A stretch of DNA of 63,570 bases, counting the filler, from Lenisia limosa (lineage: Eukaryota > Protista > Breviatea), in the NCBI GenBank assembly GCA_001655205.1. It is 11 parts of 11 records of this genome, joined end to end, with 100 filler letters (N's around TTAATTAATTAA, not from the genome) between each part and the next. Parts side by side here need not be neighbours in the genome. Positions count along the whole stretch, not along the records: positions 18,182 to 43,693 come from LPNZ01006443.1; positions 43,794 to 53,365 come from LPNZ01006283.1; 9 more parts are not named here. The stretch is one strand, 5' to 3'. The translations under genes and the position numbers were made by a program. Each line of letters opens with the position of its first letter. The first letter of the stretch is position 1. Below, one piece after another: positions 38,301 to 50,100 of this stretch. The notes under the pieces are model-generated. The model did no database searches, was not told where the DNA came from, and was given only the letters and a program-made list of their open reading frames with translations.

Positions 38301-41240
38301 NNNNNNNNNNNNGTTGCGCGCGCCGCTCGGCTGTCAGCTCCTCCATGATCGCAAACTTCGGTGTGAGAAACGGCCATGCGGAAACGGAGATCAAGGGGGT
38401 TATAGTTCCAAAACCGGGCTCGGTCGAAGGGCAAAAAGAAACGTTAACGAGCGCAACTTATGTGATTTGGACCCAGTGTATTAAACACTAAAGTATCATG
38501 TGGAAAGGTCACAGAGAAAGAACACACCCAGGGAGGGCTTCACTTCGGGTCAAAAAAAGACTGAATTTCTCGATAACTCGAAAACTATCGATATTTTACC
38601 AGACTATTTCGAACCAAAGTGAAACCCTACACACAGGTGACGTTTTTAGGCATTATTTCATACTGTCCAACCCCACCTGGTCACCCTCTTCTTCCAATAA
38701 TGCCGCCACCACCGCCGCCGTCTCGTCGTCCATTTCCTGACCCAGGAACATGCCGCCGTCGTCCGAGGAAGACGACGTTGATGACGTGTAGTCGTCCGAT
38801 TCGAAGTCTCGTGCTAAATGGATGAGAAAGCTGTTGAGAGAGCTGAGCCCCAAGCTTACGGCCAAAAATGCTCCTTCTCGCGTCAAGGTTGTCTAATGAA
38901 CGAGCGCGGCGGAAGGTTCCACCAGGGACTGTTCAATGAGACAGAACAAATGGGGTAAGCATTTAAGTGTTGAAAATGATAATCCTTCCTCATATAATAC
39001 CTAAACCTATAGGTGTATTATGGAGGAATGATTATGATGTACCTAGTCCGTGAGCCTACATGTGAGAGGCGGTCGATGTGGCGGAGGAGGCGGCATTGGT
39101 GGCGGCACCGGGACAGCTTCTAAGATAAACAAAGGAAAAAGGAAACTTAGTTTGAATAAGAAACATGGAACCTATATTTTGCTTTTAAAAAGTCCTCAAA
39201 AAAGACCTGAGGAAAGGTTCTGAAGCTCGAAGCCTTACTATGAAGAATAGCCACTACTAACCTCTGGGGGGAAGAGTGGAAGCCACTTCAGGTTCAGGAA
39301 AGTATCTAAAGAGTCAACCGTTTTCCAAAACTTTAAACATAACTGTCCGCATTTATCGAATCAAACAGTCTGGAGAGTGAGTGTGTTTCACTTGGAATGT
39401 ATACCTATTTCAACACAGAGTTTTACTGAAAACTAACGAGCATTTATTATTGTGTTAATGTGAAACCCAAGGTACAAAATCCTCCGAGGGCCAGGCTTAC
39501 ATAGGGTCCTCTGGAATGGTGATGTCAGGCATGGGCTCAGCTCGAGACTGCGGGTTGATGTCAATGTCGATGTTCAAGGACGCCATTCGCCTTCGTCTTG
39601 CTGGGGGGGGGGGGGNNNNNNNNNNNNNNNNNNNNNNNNNNNNNNNNNNNNNNNNNNNNNNNNNNNNNNNNNNNNNNNNNNNNNNNNNNNNNNNNNNNNN
39701 NNNNNNNNNNNNNNNNNNNNNNNNNNNNNNNNNNNNNNNNNNNNNNNNGTCCATCCAATTGTAAGCAAATGCAGGCCTCCAACTCACCCGCTAGTACGTC
39801 CTCAAACGATTCTTCAGACTCCTCGGATTCGCTAGATGACTGCTCCGATCCCTCTGTGGGTTCGTCTGGCTCGTCTGAGGGGTGGCAGTGTAACAGTAGG
39901 AAATAGGTAGTAGACACCAAAAAACCCATAATAAATAAATGTACATTAAATATTGGTAAAAAAGTTGCGTCTACACACAAAATAAAAATATTGAAATATA
40001 TAATATACCATATGATATGTATTATCATATCGATATACTATCATCATATAATACTTCAATACAATCTAATATCGGGATGAGAAAAATCCCAAGGTTGTAA
40101 CTGGCTGAAACCGTCCACACCATCACGTTTATAAGAGATAGTATAATATTGATTCACCCAACCATTTGCCTTACAACTCTGTGCACAGCTTTCTGCGTGC
40201 CTCCCCAGCATACAATAAATGTAATCTTTCAATATCCTATTTTTCACTTACAGATTATTTCAATGTTGGCATCATCATCATCAGAGCTACTGCTGCTACT
40301 GAGGCTAAATATGTCAAAAGATGAATTATCAACAAAAATTACATTGACTACAAATTGGCTTACTTTGGCGGGAGTGGGCGAACTGTGTCATCATCACTAT
40401 CAGTAGCCCCGTCACTATCGTTATCAGTATCGTTGTCACTTTCGAGGTTAACTGATGACGCTGAGTCGTCTTCACTTTCGCTGTAGTAGTAGCTGTGCTC
40501 GCCAATCATTTGATTGTCGATTCCGAAGAGAACAAGATCGGGGTCACTCTGGTGTTTGGTGAATGCAACTATTGCTAACAGCCTTGGGTAGAACTTGAAC
40601 AGCAGGTTCGCAAAACATTGCAGAGAGCAAAAAAATATAAACGAAAAAAAATATCAGGCATGATAAACCTCGCACCTCGGGTACTGTGTACAAGTTCCGA
40701 CTTAGGCAGCTTTTCTGTTCATATCGATGGATAATCTTGAGATAACGGTCCTTTGTTTCTCGTAGTGTGTCATAAAACTGGGCAATGAGTTGATCCATTT
40801 GATTGAAATTAATGAGGCAAGAGAGGAATCCTGGAGCAGCCGATCTTGAACAATCTGACTTTGATGTTATATAGTATACTTAGGGCTTCACTTCGTTTCG
40901 AAAAAAAAGACTGAATTTCTCCAACAATCCTCGAAGGTGATCGATATTTTGTAGGTCTTTTTCAAACCAAAGTGAATCCTAAGTATACTAGCTATATGAT
41001 ATATTGACCACCCATAGTTCCTAAGTAGTTTAACATCTGAGGCAGAGTAATACCACGAACTGTTTAATAACAACTCAGAGTGTCACTACCACAACAGCAG
41101 TCCCTCAACCGTACCTCCTGGGTGGTGCCAGATGACGGCATATGGAGCATCGTATCGGAATTTCCATTTTCTGAGAAAGTTAGGTCACTGGATACGATGG
41201 CCACATTCGGAAAAATGTAGTACAAAGACTGGCAATATTT
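35388..41240 (-). CDS. Hypothetical protein with acidic/Ser-rich and Pro-rich low-complexity segments; may be the cytosolic part of the upstream membrane protein
   Basis: GT-AG exons such as INFNQMDQLIAQFYDTLRETKDRYLKIIHRY, NLLFKFYPRLLAIVAF, DEPDEPTEGSEQSSSESEE, RDFESDDYTSSTSSSSDDGG, KDVDPAIFMSHHIVPEGLEFVNPKRPGY and VCLPEPLSVAAQRWKLSTDGAK. No family recognised. Confidence 0.4.
40883..40979. mobile_element. MITE family A copy, intronic
   Basis: TA|GGGCTTCACTTCGTTTCG...CAAACCAAAGTGAATCC|TA. Confidence 0.85.
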
Positions 41241-41329
41241 CAATAATCAGTTAAAAGCGGTCACGGAAAAATCTCAAAAAGGTCCTTTCTAGGGGTTTTG
41301 GGCTACAATTAAGTCCAACTCATACCTCG

Positions 41330-43690
41330 AATGTCTATTCCGTGAGTGAACCATAATTGGGCATAGCGCTTGGGTGGGATGCTTTCTACACCATAAATGT
41401 CTTATCTCATGCAAGCCCCCTCCCTCCCCTTAAAGGATAATCAGGACACCAAAACGAAGATTCTACCCCATTTCAAAGCATAAAGCCCCTACTCCTTGTA
41501 CGGCCAATGTGTTTCCTTCGCAGCTCAAAGGCCTCCTTGGACATTTCTCCAAGGAAGCCGACAGCAAAGATGAAAAACACTACCACTGACACACTTGTCA
41601 CAAGCTGGAAGATTAGTCAACCACCCAAAATCATGAAACTTAGATAGAGAAGCCTATTCCCAATTGTTATTGTCGAGTGAAGGAATTTAGTAATTGAAAT
41701 TAGTAGTTTACTGCCATTCTTACTGTTAATGGCAAGGTGGCGTAAAACCAGCTGATGTCAAAGATACCAAGATCCTTCCCTGAAATGAGAACCTGGGGGG
41801 GGGGGTAAGTAACTGAAAAAGAATATCGTCCCCTTGATTTGGAAGCAAGCTTCTATCATTCAATATTTTGTTTGGAGCGTAAATCCAATCCCAAAGAAAA
41901 CAACTAAGCAAAAAGACATCTCAAATGTTGTGATAAGATCCTAAACTGGTTTTTGGGATGTACTTAACAATATACCCGACATTGCAACCTCCTACCAGTG
42001 TAGAAACGTAGAACAGGTCAACATACAGAAGAATCAGAAACATTATCAGCTTTTCGGAGACCTAAAGGAGACATTTAGGAGACATTTAGGGGACATTTAG
42101 GAGACATTTAGAAGACATTTAGGAGACATTTAGGGGACATTTAGGAGACATTTAGGAGACATTTAGGAGACATTTAGGAGACATTTAGGAGACATTTAGG
42201 ACACAATCAAATTAGATTTCAAAGTTATCAGTTGTAATCCGTATTTTAAGCGTTCGGAAATAAATGCTCCGAGTCCAACACTATTGAAGACTATCAATAC
42301 AAAGCAAATAAAAACTGTGATATTTCAATACCCCAAACATACCTCATCGTCGTCATCATCGACATCGTTCTCACATATCGCGCGGATGAGAAGGAAGAGA
42401 TACACAATCTTGGGGTAAAGATGAGAAGGAACAGATATGATATAATCTTAGGATAAGGACAGTGCGTGGTTGGGGAGTGAAATCTTTCTTGTATTATTAA
42501 TATTTGATATAAAGGTGACAGTGAACAAAGGGCCAAAGAGTTAATGAAAGAAGTCAGGAAGGGCAATAAAAGCAGAACCGCATAAGAGCAGCAACTTACC
42601 GAGGCCAATGCTGCTGCCGACAAGACTATCAGCCAGGGCAGAAACGCTGAGATTGTCAGAAATACGTAATATAAAAGCAACATCTGCGGGCAATGATCCA
42701 TAGATCCCAAAAAGCACATAAAATACACTCGCTCCCTTTCTACAAACTGGTTTTCGATACTTCTATTGCAACATTAAAACTTTCTATCATATCGTGTCAA
42801 CCTTTTCATCATAGTATATTTTAACTGTAAATCCCCTCGCACCTAAGACAACTGTCCATGGCCATGCACCCATGAAAGCTATAGCCACGGGGTAGACAAA
42901 TAGGTAGTCTGGGTTGGTTAGCAACAGAATAATATGATCTGATGAAAAGGTCGAATCAAAAGTCAAAAATAAAAAATGAACACCGAAATCCCTCCTACAA
43001 TTAGCAACATAGAAGCCGACAAGACCCAGGTTGTCGGTGTAGTCATCAATAGCGTTGCGTAACCTGAACACCTTACCCACAATGGCTCCAACAAAAGCTA
43101 CTATTGGGAGGATGGTGGCAGTGTAGAGGAAGAACGTTCGGAAGAAGTCGTCACCTACACTTGTTACATTTGTTGCACAGAGGACCTTGGAAAATTAAGC
43201 TGTTGTGACTGCTTTTTCCGTCCAAAGCAAGCACCACGAAAATACCACTTTCCCACCTGTGAGAAGGAAGAAGTATACAACACTTGGCAAGTAGAGCAGT
43301 CCCAATAGTATCCAGTCCTGAAAATAATGGGAAATGCTCCGTGAAAGCCATTAACAATATTCCACTCCCTCTTGCCCACTATGAAGAGCAACGCGTAGCC
43401 GTCTGCTATTCCGTAAAGCGTAAGTAGAATGTAGCACAGCGTCCAGGCTCCCATGTTCGCCCAGGCACAGTACCCAGCAATCCTGTAAGCCACGTTAAAC
43501 ATTAACGGTTATACATCTGCATCCTGTAATTAAAAAGTGGAAAGCGGGGTATTCTATGAGTCCAAAATGGAAATTTCTCATGCTAAATTGAAACCATAAC
43601 CCAGCATAGAGCCTACTTCCAATGCGTGGAAGATGTCTCCAAATCCTCCTTGTCAGCCCAAAGCAGCAACAATGTCAGTAACATACTAAA
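41330..43690 (-). CDS. Multi-pass membrane protein (weakly TMEM185/Tmemb_185A-like), 5' end lost in a gap
   Basis: A series of hydrophobic exons: FNVAYRIAGYCAWANMGAWTLCYILLTLYGIADGYALLFI, FFRTFFLYTATILPIVAFVGAIV, YLFVYPVAIAFMGAWPWTVVL|AFLPWLIVLSAAALAS|IVYLFLLIRAI, LIMFLILLYVDLFY, DLGIFDISWFYATLPL. The W.W..V..P.W spacing recurs. Confidence 0.5.
42068..42200. repeat. Tandem repeat, 11-bp unit (GGAGACATTTA) x~12, intronic
   Basis: Direct reading of the sequence. Confidence 0.95.
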
Positions 43691-43879
43691 CGTNNNNNNN
43701 NNNNNNNNNNNNNNNNNNNNNNNNNNNNNNNNNNNNNTTAATTAATTAANNNNNNNNNNNNNNNNNNNNNNNNNNNNNNNNNNNNNNNNNNNNTTGGCTG
43801 ACAACACACGAGGGTTTATAACAACAAAACAAAAAAATCCCAGGCCAGTCGCTAACAAAGATGAGAAGGCTTTACGTAT

Positions 43880-46427
43880 GACTGTTCCCACCTCTCTGCT
43901 TCCCTCCACAAGATGCTGGATCTCAAGATCCTTGGTTTGGCAGGCATTATCCAGGGCTTTGATTTGGTCCTGAAGGGTGCCGTCTGAGGCTGCTGCGGAT
44001 TGCTGAAGCGTCTCCATTTTCTGGGGGGAGGGGGAGTCAAGGAAATTTGATGAATACTAGAAAGTGTGAAATACATGGTTCAGCAGTAGGGCTTCACTTC
44101 GGTTCAAAAAAAGACTGAACTTCTCGATAAATCCTCGAAAACTATCATTATTTTCCTGGGGTTTTTCGAACCGAAGTGAAGCCCTATTCAGCAGAAAGAC
44201 TGACAAATGAACCCAAAAGTGAATATTAGGTAACAGAGTATTTTCATCCCCCCCCCCCAAAAAAAAAAAAAAAAAAANNNNNNNNNNNNNNNNNNNNNNN
44301 NNNNNNNNNNNNNNNNNNNNNNNNNNNNNNNNNNNNNNNNNNNNNNNNNNNNNNNNNNNNNNAGAGTAGGGGGGGGGGCACAGGATGAGCCCAATTCTTC
44401 ACATACCTCATTTAGCGAGTTTTGAGTTCTTTCGGAGTTCCGACGAGCAGTCTCCGATTCTACACCCATGTTATTTAAGAGCTGTCTCCCGAGCTGTCTC
44501 CGATTCTACACCCATGTTATTATAATTCAATATCCCCTCACTCCCAGATATCCCTCTAAATACCCAATAGCAAGCCAAGCAAAATAAATACAACTCTTCT
44601 CCGAGTAATTATTGTGTTAGACCCCCATGATGTGCATTGTGAATATCAAACTGTTCCTCCTGCTTAGAAAACATATCATAGATATTTGCATTTCATTTAC
44701 TGCTAATTGGTAGCATACTAATATGGTAATTGTAATATCCATATGATATTGCATAATATTATGTCGTACAATCTGATGATCAACTTGGCAAACCCTGTGC
44801 AATTTCACGCGTATACGCCAATTCGCGCTCAAGTGACGTAATTTTGATCTGGAGGTTGTCTGTGGTGGAGAGCATTTCTGTTAGGTTAGATGGATTATTC
44901 TATTCTGTCATACTCGAAAAGATGACACAAAACTTGAACATCAGAATGTGGATAAAAGACAAACATAACCCCACCTTTTTTCTCCTCCTGGAACTTCTGC
45001 TCGATTTTGATAAGCTCATGGTCATAATAGGACTTATCCACCGTTCTTGAGCGCTCGCCTCTATTCAGCTCCTGGCAAATCAATTGCATTTGGTTATACA
45101 AATCAGTTTCATTTTGACTTAAAGTATCAACAAAAATTAANNNNNNNNNNNNNNNNNNNNNNNNNNNNNNNNNNNNNNNNNNNNNNNNNNNNNNNNNNNN
45201 NNNNNNNNNNNNNNNNNNNNNNNNNNNNNNNNNNNNNNNNNNNNNNNNNNNNNNNNNNNNNNNNNNTTCGCTCTCAAGGGCCTGAATCTTCTCTTGCAGT
45301 GTCTTAAGTGCGGCAAGAACAGCTGTGGGATAGGGGGGGTATAAGGATAACAATGTGCGTGTGGGATGACAAAGGGAGTAGGGATAATGGGAGGGGTAAG
45401 AGAAATAAGTAATTCGAAAAGTGAATACCACCCAGTACCTTTAGAATTTACCCACCCAGTACCTTTAGAATTTGCATGTGGAACTTCGTTGACTTCAGTA
45501 GCCATGGAAATGTGGCTGAGGTTGTGGATTTCCTTAGAGAGTTTCGACACCTCATCATTCTCATGAGATGAGCGCATTGACAGACCATGGACCTGGAGAG
45601 GGTGTTGAAATGAGTATTTATAAAACTCTTGTGGAAACAAAACAAAAAGTGAACCCCCCCAACATGTTTTGCAAGATCATCTATTTCATTTGACGTTGTG
45701 TGAAGTGACCGTTTGGTATTCGTCTATAATGTGACAAGGAAATAAGTAGAAGGTATTCAATCTGACATAGCCCCTCAATCCATCCATATTCATTTGATTT
45801 CCTAAACAAAATGTGATAGCATTATCCAAAAAATACACCGTTTTACCAATATTTGATAATTGATCTTTGTATTTATAGTATTTATTGCAGTTCTACCAAC
45901 AAAAGACATATCAGGTTCGACTTGAGGGGTAACACTGGTGCCAAGAGGCGTAAGCGGTTCGCGTGAGGGAGTAACATCATGATTCTCATGGAAAACCTGC
46001 GGGAGAATTAGTTGTACATTGGCACCCATATGTAGGTGAGTCATAAGATTATGATGCCGTTTATGGTTCATGTTTTAACGCTGAACCAGACTCAACTGGC
46101 CGAAGCCGTTTACAATATGTTGAATACATGTTGGTTATCATGGACATTGGACCCTCCCACAGATTGATGGGAAGTTCTTGGGAATTCTGGCTGTGTGAAC
46201 GAGTCGGAAAGATAACTCTGCAACAATTATGAAAGCGTCCAACTCAGACTGATAGTAAGATTCCTAGCTAAGAATGAGGTCCAATCAGAATAAGAGAACC
46301 AGAATAGACTTGAAAGAGAGCCAGAATATGATGGGAATGAAAGCCAGAAGGGGTCCCCAACCTTTTCTTGGGCCATTTCCTTCTCATAAGTTTGCAACAT
46401 GGCCTCAACTCTGGCAAGATCTACCAT
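43880..46427 (-). CDS. CEP57/CEP57L1-like centrosomal coiled-coil protein (3' end lost at a linker)
   Basis: AVLAALKTLQEKIQALESE (~45322-45268) matches the Cep57 centrosome-localisation motif (A..SALK.LQ.KI..LE.ER). IKITSLERELAYTREIAQ (~44870-44790) matches the CSLLEKQLEYMR.M motif. ATG is at 46427. Confidence 0.65.
44089..44184. mobile_element. MITE family A, representative intact copy (~96 bp; ~30 full or partial copies in the window)
   Basis: TA|GGGCTTCACTTCGGTTC...GAACCGAAGTGAAGCCC|TA, with terminal inverted repeats and core CTCGATAAATCCTCGAAAACTATCGAT. Other copies lie at ~2150, 2570, 3713, 4896, 7374, 9831, 10085, 11640, 13278, 28620, 38095, 38537, 40883, 51530, 53510, 56400, 59610, 60923 and 63290. 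Confidence 0.9.
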
Positions 46428-47114
46428 TTTGCTGCCCAAATCAAAGACTCCCTAGAGGCATTTCAGAAGAATTTTTAAGCTTAAAAATAACATATCACAC
46501 AATAAAATGTATTTGGAAACCACCATTTTTCTTAACATGACAACCCAGAAACATGACCAGATCCAGCAATGAAAAACCGTTATTATTGGAAGGAAGCCTT
46601 AAATACCAATTCTGTTATTACTACTCTTAGTGACTTAGTTAATTTAAATCAAAACAGGATAAAGGAGAGAAGCAGAGCCCTTCCCTGTCCAGATCAGAGA
46701 CTTTCCTCACCGTTCCTCGTTTGCTTCTCTCCGTAGTCTCTATTTTATTATCCTTCTTTTTTTCTCTTTTTCACTAGGAATTCTTGGGATTCTCAACCAT
46801 TTTTCTTATATTGTTACGGGTGATTCGTATTCCCAGGATCAAGTGAATGGTTTTTATGTTTTTTTGGCGTGGCAACTAGAGAGAGTAGGAAGGACACGAC
46901 AACACGACACAACGTAACACAACGTAAAACTAGCGTACTAGCTCTGCGAGAGAGCTCTCAACGCATCGGTATGGACTTCTAAACTGTTTCCTTTTGTACT
47001 CTAAAGGCTTCTCTCAGCCTCTTCTCCTTAAATTTTCTTTGATTTTAATATTATATGATTATTCTCATGGTTGGATGACAGAATCTTGGGTTGTCTTCGC
47101 CTTATCATCAGAGT

Positions 47115-50100
47115 ATGTCAACCCCTCGAACTCGCCCTCCTCGCAAAGAGGTGTCGGAGGTGACAATGCAGCTCATACCAGACTTGGTGAGTTTCTTAGG
47201 TCTTCAATATTGAGAAATGGGAAAATTGACAAATACCTCAAGAGAATTTTATGTTGCATAACAGATTTTCTTTCAGCTCTGTCAATAAACTTCCCAGGTA
47301 TAGATTGTAACAATAAGATTAACTACCAATATCATAGGATTGAAATATTTCTAATTTCCTAATTCTTAGGACTTTATTTTGCAATGCGTTGTTATTAGTA
47401 GTTGTTTCTGTTTGTTCAGGAGGCATTTGGTCTTCTCCTGCGCAATATATGAACTTAACTGCAAAAAGTAACGTTATGTTAATATTTCTAGAAGCACAAA
47501 ATGAGCAAAAAGATCGCCCAGCTCACGAAAGTAAGCTAGCATTCATAATTTTAATTTTTATCATCATTTCGCTGTCTTCTTTTTGGATAACATTCGTGGT
47601 AAAAAGTCATTTTCTAAGGATAGCTTTTTCAATCTTATTTGGTCACCTGGATATCTGAAAAGACAAGTGGATTGCATTAGGGTTTTTTGGAACTCTCTTT
47701 TCAAGGTTATCTACCATATCAACTCAACTCTCTTTAGGTTATCTACCACATGCACACGCGCAATGATGATCGGGAAGCTGAACTTGCTGGCCAGGCGTCA
47801 GCGTATGAAGATGAAATCGAAATGGTGAACCTGGGATGATAGCTTATGAAGGTGAAATGAATTGCAAACGGAAAATAAACGATGATAAGAGATATCTGTT
47901 ACCATCATCATGCTATTTGTCAAAAACAATTACCGTTTGTTTGAATAACCCTCCAGATTTTGAGAGATGCTCACAGCAAATTGTCACAGTACAAGACACA
48001 ATTGGACCAGCAACAAGACCGTTCAAGAACCGCAGAGGCTTTGAAGGTATTGCAAAGCTTTTCTTTGCAAACTGATACATATGTATATATATACTTAGCA
48101 GAAAATGTGACATTAATCTCCCCAAGGTTATGCAGAAGCAACACGCCGAGGAAAAGGCTGAAGCTCTTGAAGATATCGAAAAATGGTGCGTGTGGTCTAA
48201 AGATTGTATTGCTCTTCTCAGATTTATTTCTGAGGCTTCAGCACCTTTGATCATACCCAAATAATGCCAACATTGTAAACATTCAATATGCCATTCCGTT
48301 AGTGCCAATATCAAACTGTTAGCAAGTTAACATATTTCCACTGTCTTGGGCATTTCTTACTGAATGAATAGGAAAGCAGAGGCTGAGAATCATCAAAAGA
48401 AGGCTGCAAAAGCAAGTCAATTCAAAATCATTGAATTAAAAGAGTAGGATAAACGTTTCGGTGCAAAGAAATACTGCTTTTTTTATTTCACAATTCTTTA
48501 ACCCCCACCGCACCCGGTGCTGCAGAAACGACTTGTTTTGTTGTTATCAACCCTCGTGTGTGGTCAGCTTTTTGTTGTTTCATAAATAAATTTACCAATT
48601 TTACTTTCCCCCCCCTCCCCTCTAGAGAGGTAACCTTGTTGAAATCTGAGTTTGAGAAGCAGATTATCACTTTCCAAGAGCTTAGTCAGGTACTTGGTGG
48701 CAGAAGGGGATATGTCTGAGGTGGGTGTACTAATAATGCCATTTGGTTGTGCGTGTTTTTTTTTTTCTTTGTGTTATTAATAACAACAATATAGTTGCAT
48801 TTTAGTCGTCAAAAAAAATATCATTATTTTGCGTACAGTGACCGGGATAACTCTTGACCGATTTTCCTTGGGAAATCATACAGCAAATCATCCCAGTCAC
48901 TGTATATTATATATCATATATGATATGTACATGTACAACCTGAAAACTGATACATTCAGAACCTGAAAACAGCGGCAGACACGCAGCTCCGAACCCTCAA
49001 AACCCAGCTGGATGATGACATCAAAAGAATCCGTGAGGACGGCGAGAGGTCTCTTACCAAATTGAGACTGGAAAAAGAGCGACAGGTGGGGAACATAGGG
49101 AGGGCTCAATTTGGCCCATGTGCATGTTTACCTCAAGACAAGAGATATGATTGCAATTCATCAAACTGAAACAATTATCCCGTTTTTGTTTCAGGGAGAC
49201 TTTGGATATTGGTTTCCATTGGTTGATTGACTCAGTACTCTTGGTGTCTGAATTCGTATATGATATTTTAACATGCCTTTACAAGTTCAGGAAGCAGAAC
49301 TCACACGGACGCTTCAATTACAAAAAGATGATGAACTAAAGAGCCAAGCTGCCAAAATGGTGGGTGTTGACTATGAGAGAAACACCCATATTCCTCAATA
49401 ACTCCCCAGGAAGCTGAAAAGTTGGAAGCAGTTGCGAACGCGCTGAACAAGGAGGAACAGCGAAGATTGCAAGCTTTGCAGGAGGCTGAGAATCTGGCCT
49501 CTACTGATAAGGTGAGGGGGGAGAGAAGCGTTGGAGGTAGAACTGAATTAGAATTGTTGTTTACTATTGGTATCCCCACTTCAGCCTAATCTGTCACTAC
49601 TACCACCACTCCAGCCTAATCTGTCTCTGCTACCGCCACTCCAGCCTATTCTGTCACTACTACCACCACTCCAGGCCTAATCTGTCCTTACCTCTTTGTC
49701 ATCAATGTTACTTGCTCATTATTCCGCCTTGCTTTCCTTATTTATCAGGACTCCCTTACGAAGACCTACAATTCCCAAATTGCAGAACTACAAAAACAAG
49801 AAACCTTGGTGTGTAAACCCTTGATGATATTTTGTTGCACATTTCAAGTCCTTGTGACTTTTTGTTTGCATATGACAAAGCTATAGCTTGTGTGTGTTTC
49901 ATTCTGGCACCCACCCATTCTTTAATTTGTTTTAGGTTCAAGGACAGCTACATCAATCACAGATCCAAAATAAGAAACTGCAGGAGGATATGGAAGAGTG
50001 GGTGAGGTGTCACCATGGCAATGGTAGTGAGTGATCTCTTGTTGGTGAGGGCGGGGTGAAATAAAAATACCGCCAGCTATTTCACTCCAGTTATAACAGC

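Noticed and set aside
6180-48412. Possible GC-AG introns (6180, ~36221, ~48411)
   Set aside because: Alternative GT donors or exon choices give open frames in at least two of the three cases, so this cannot be supported without RNA data.
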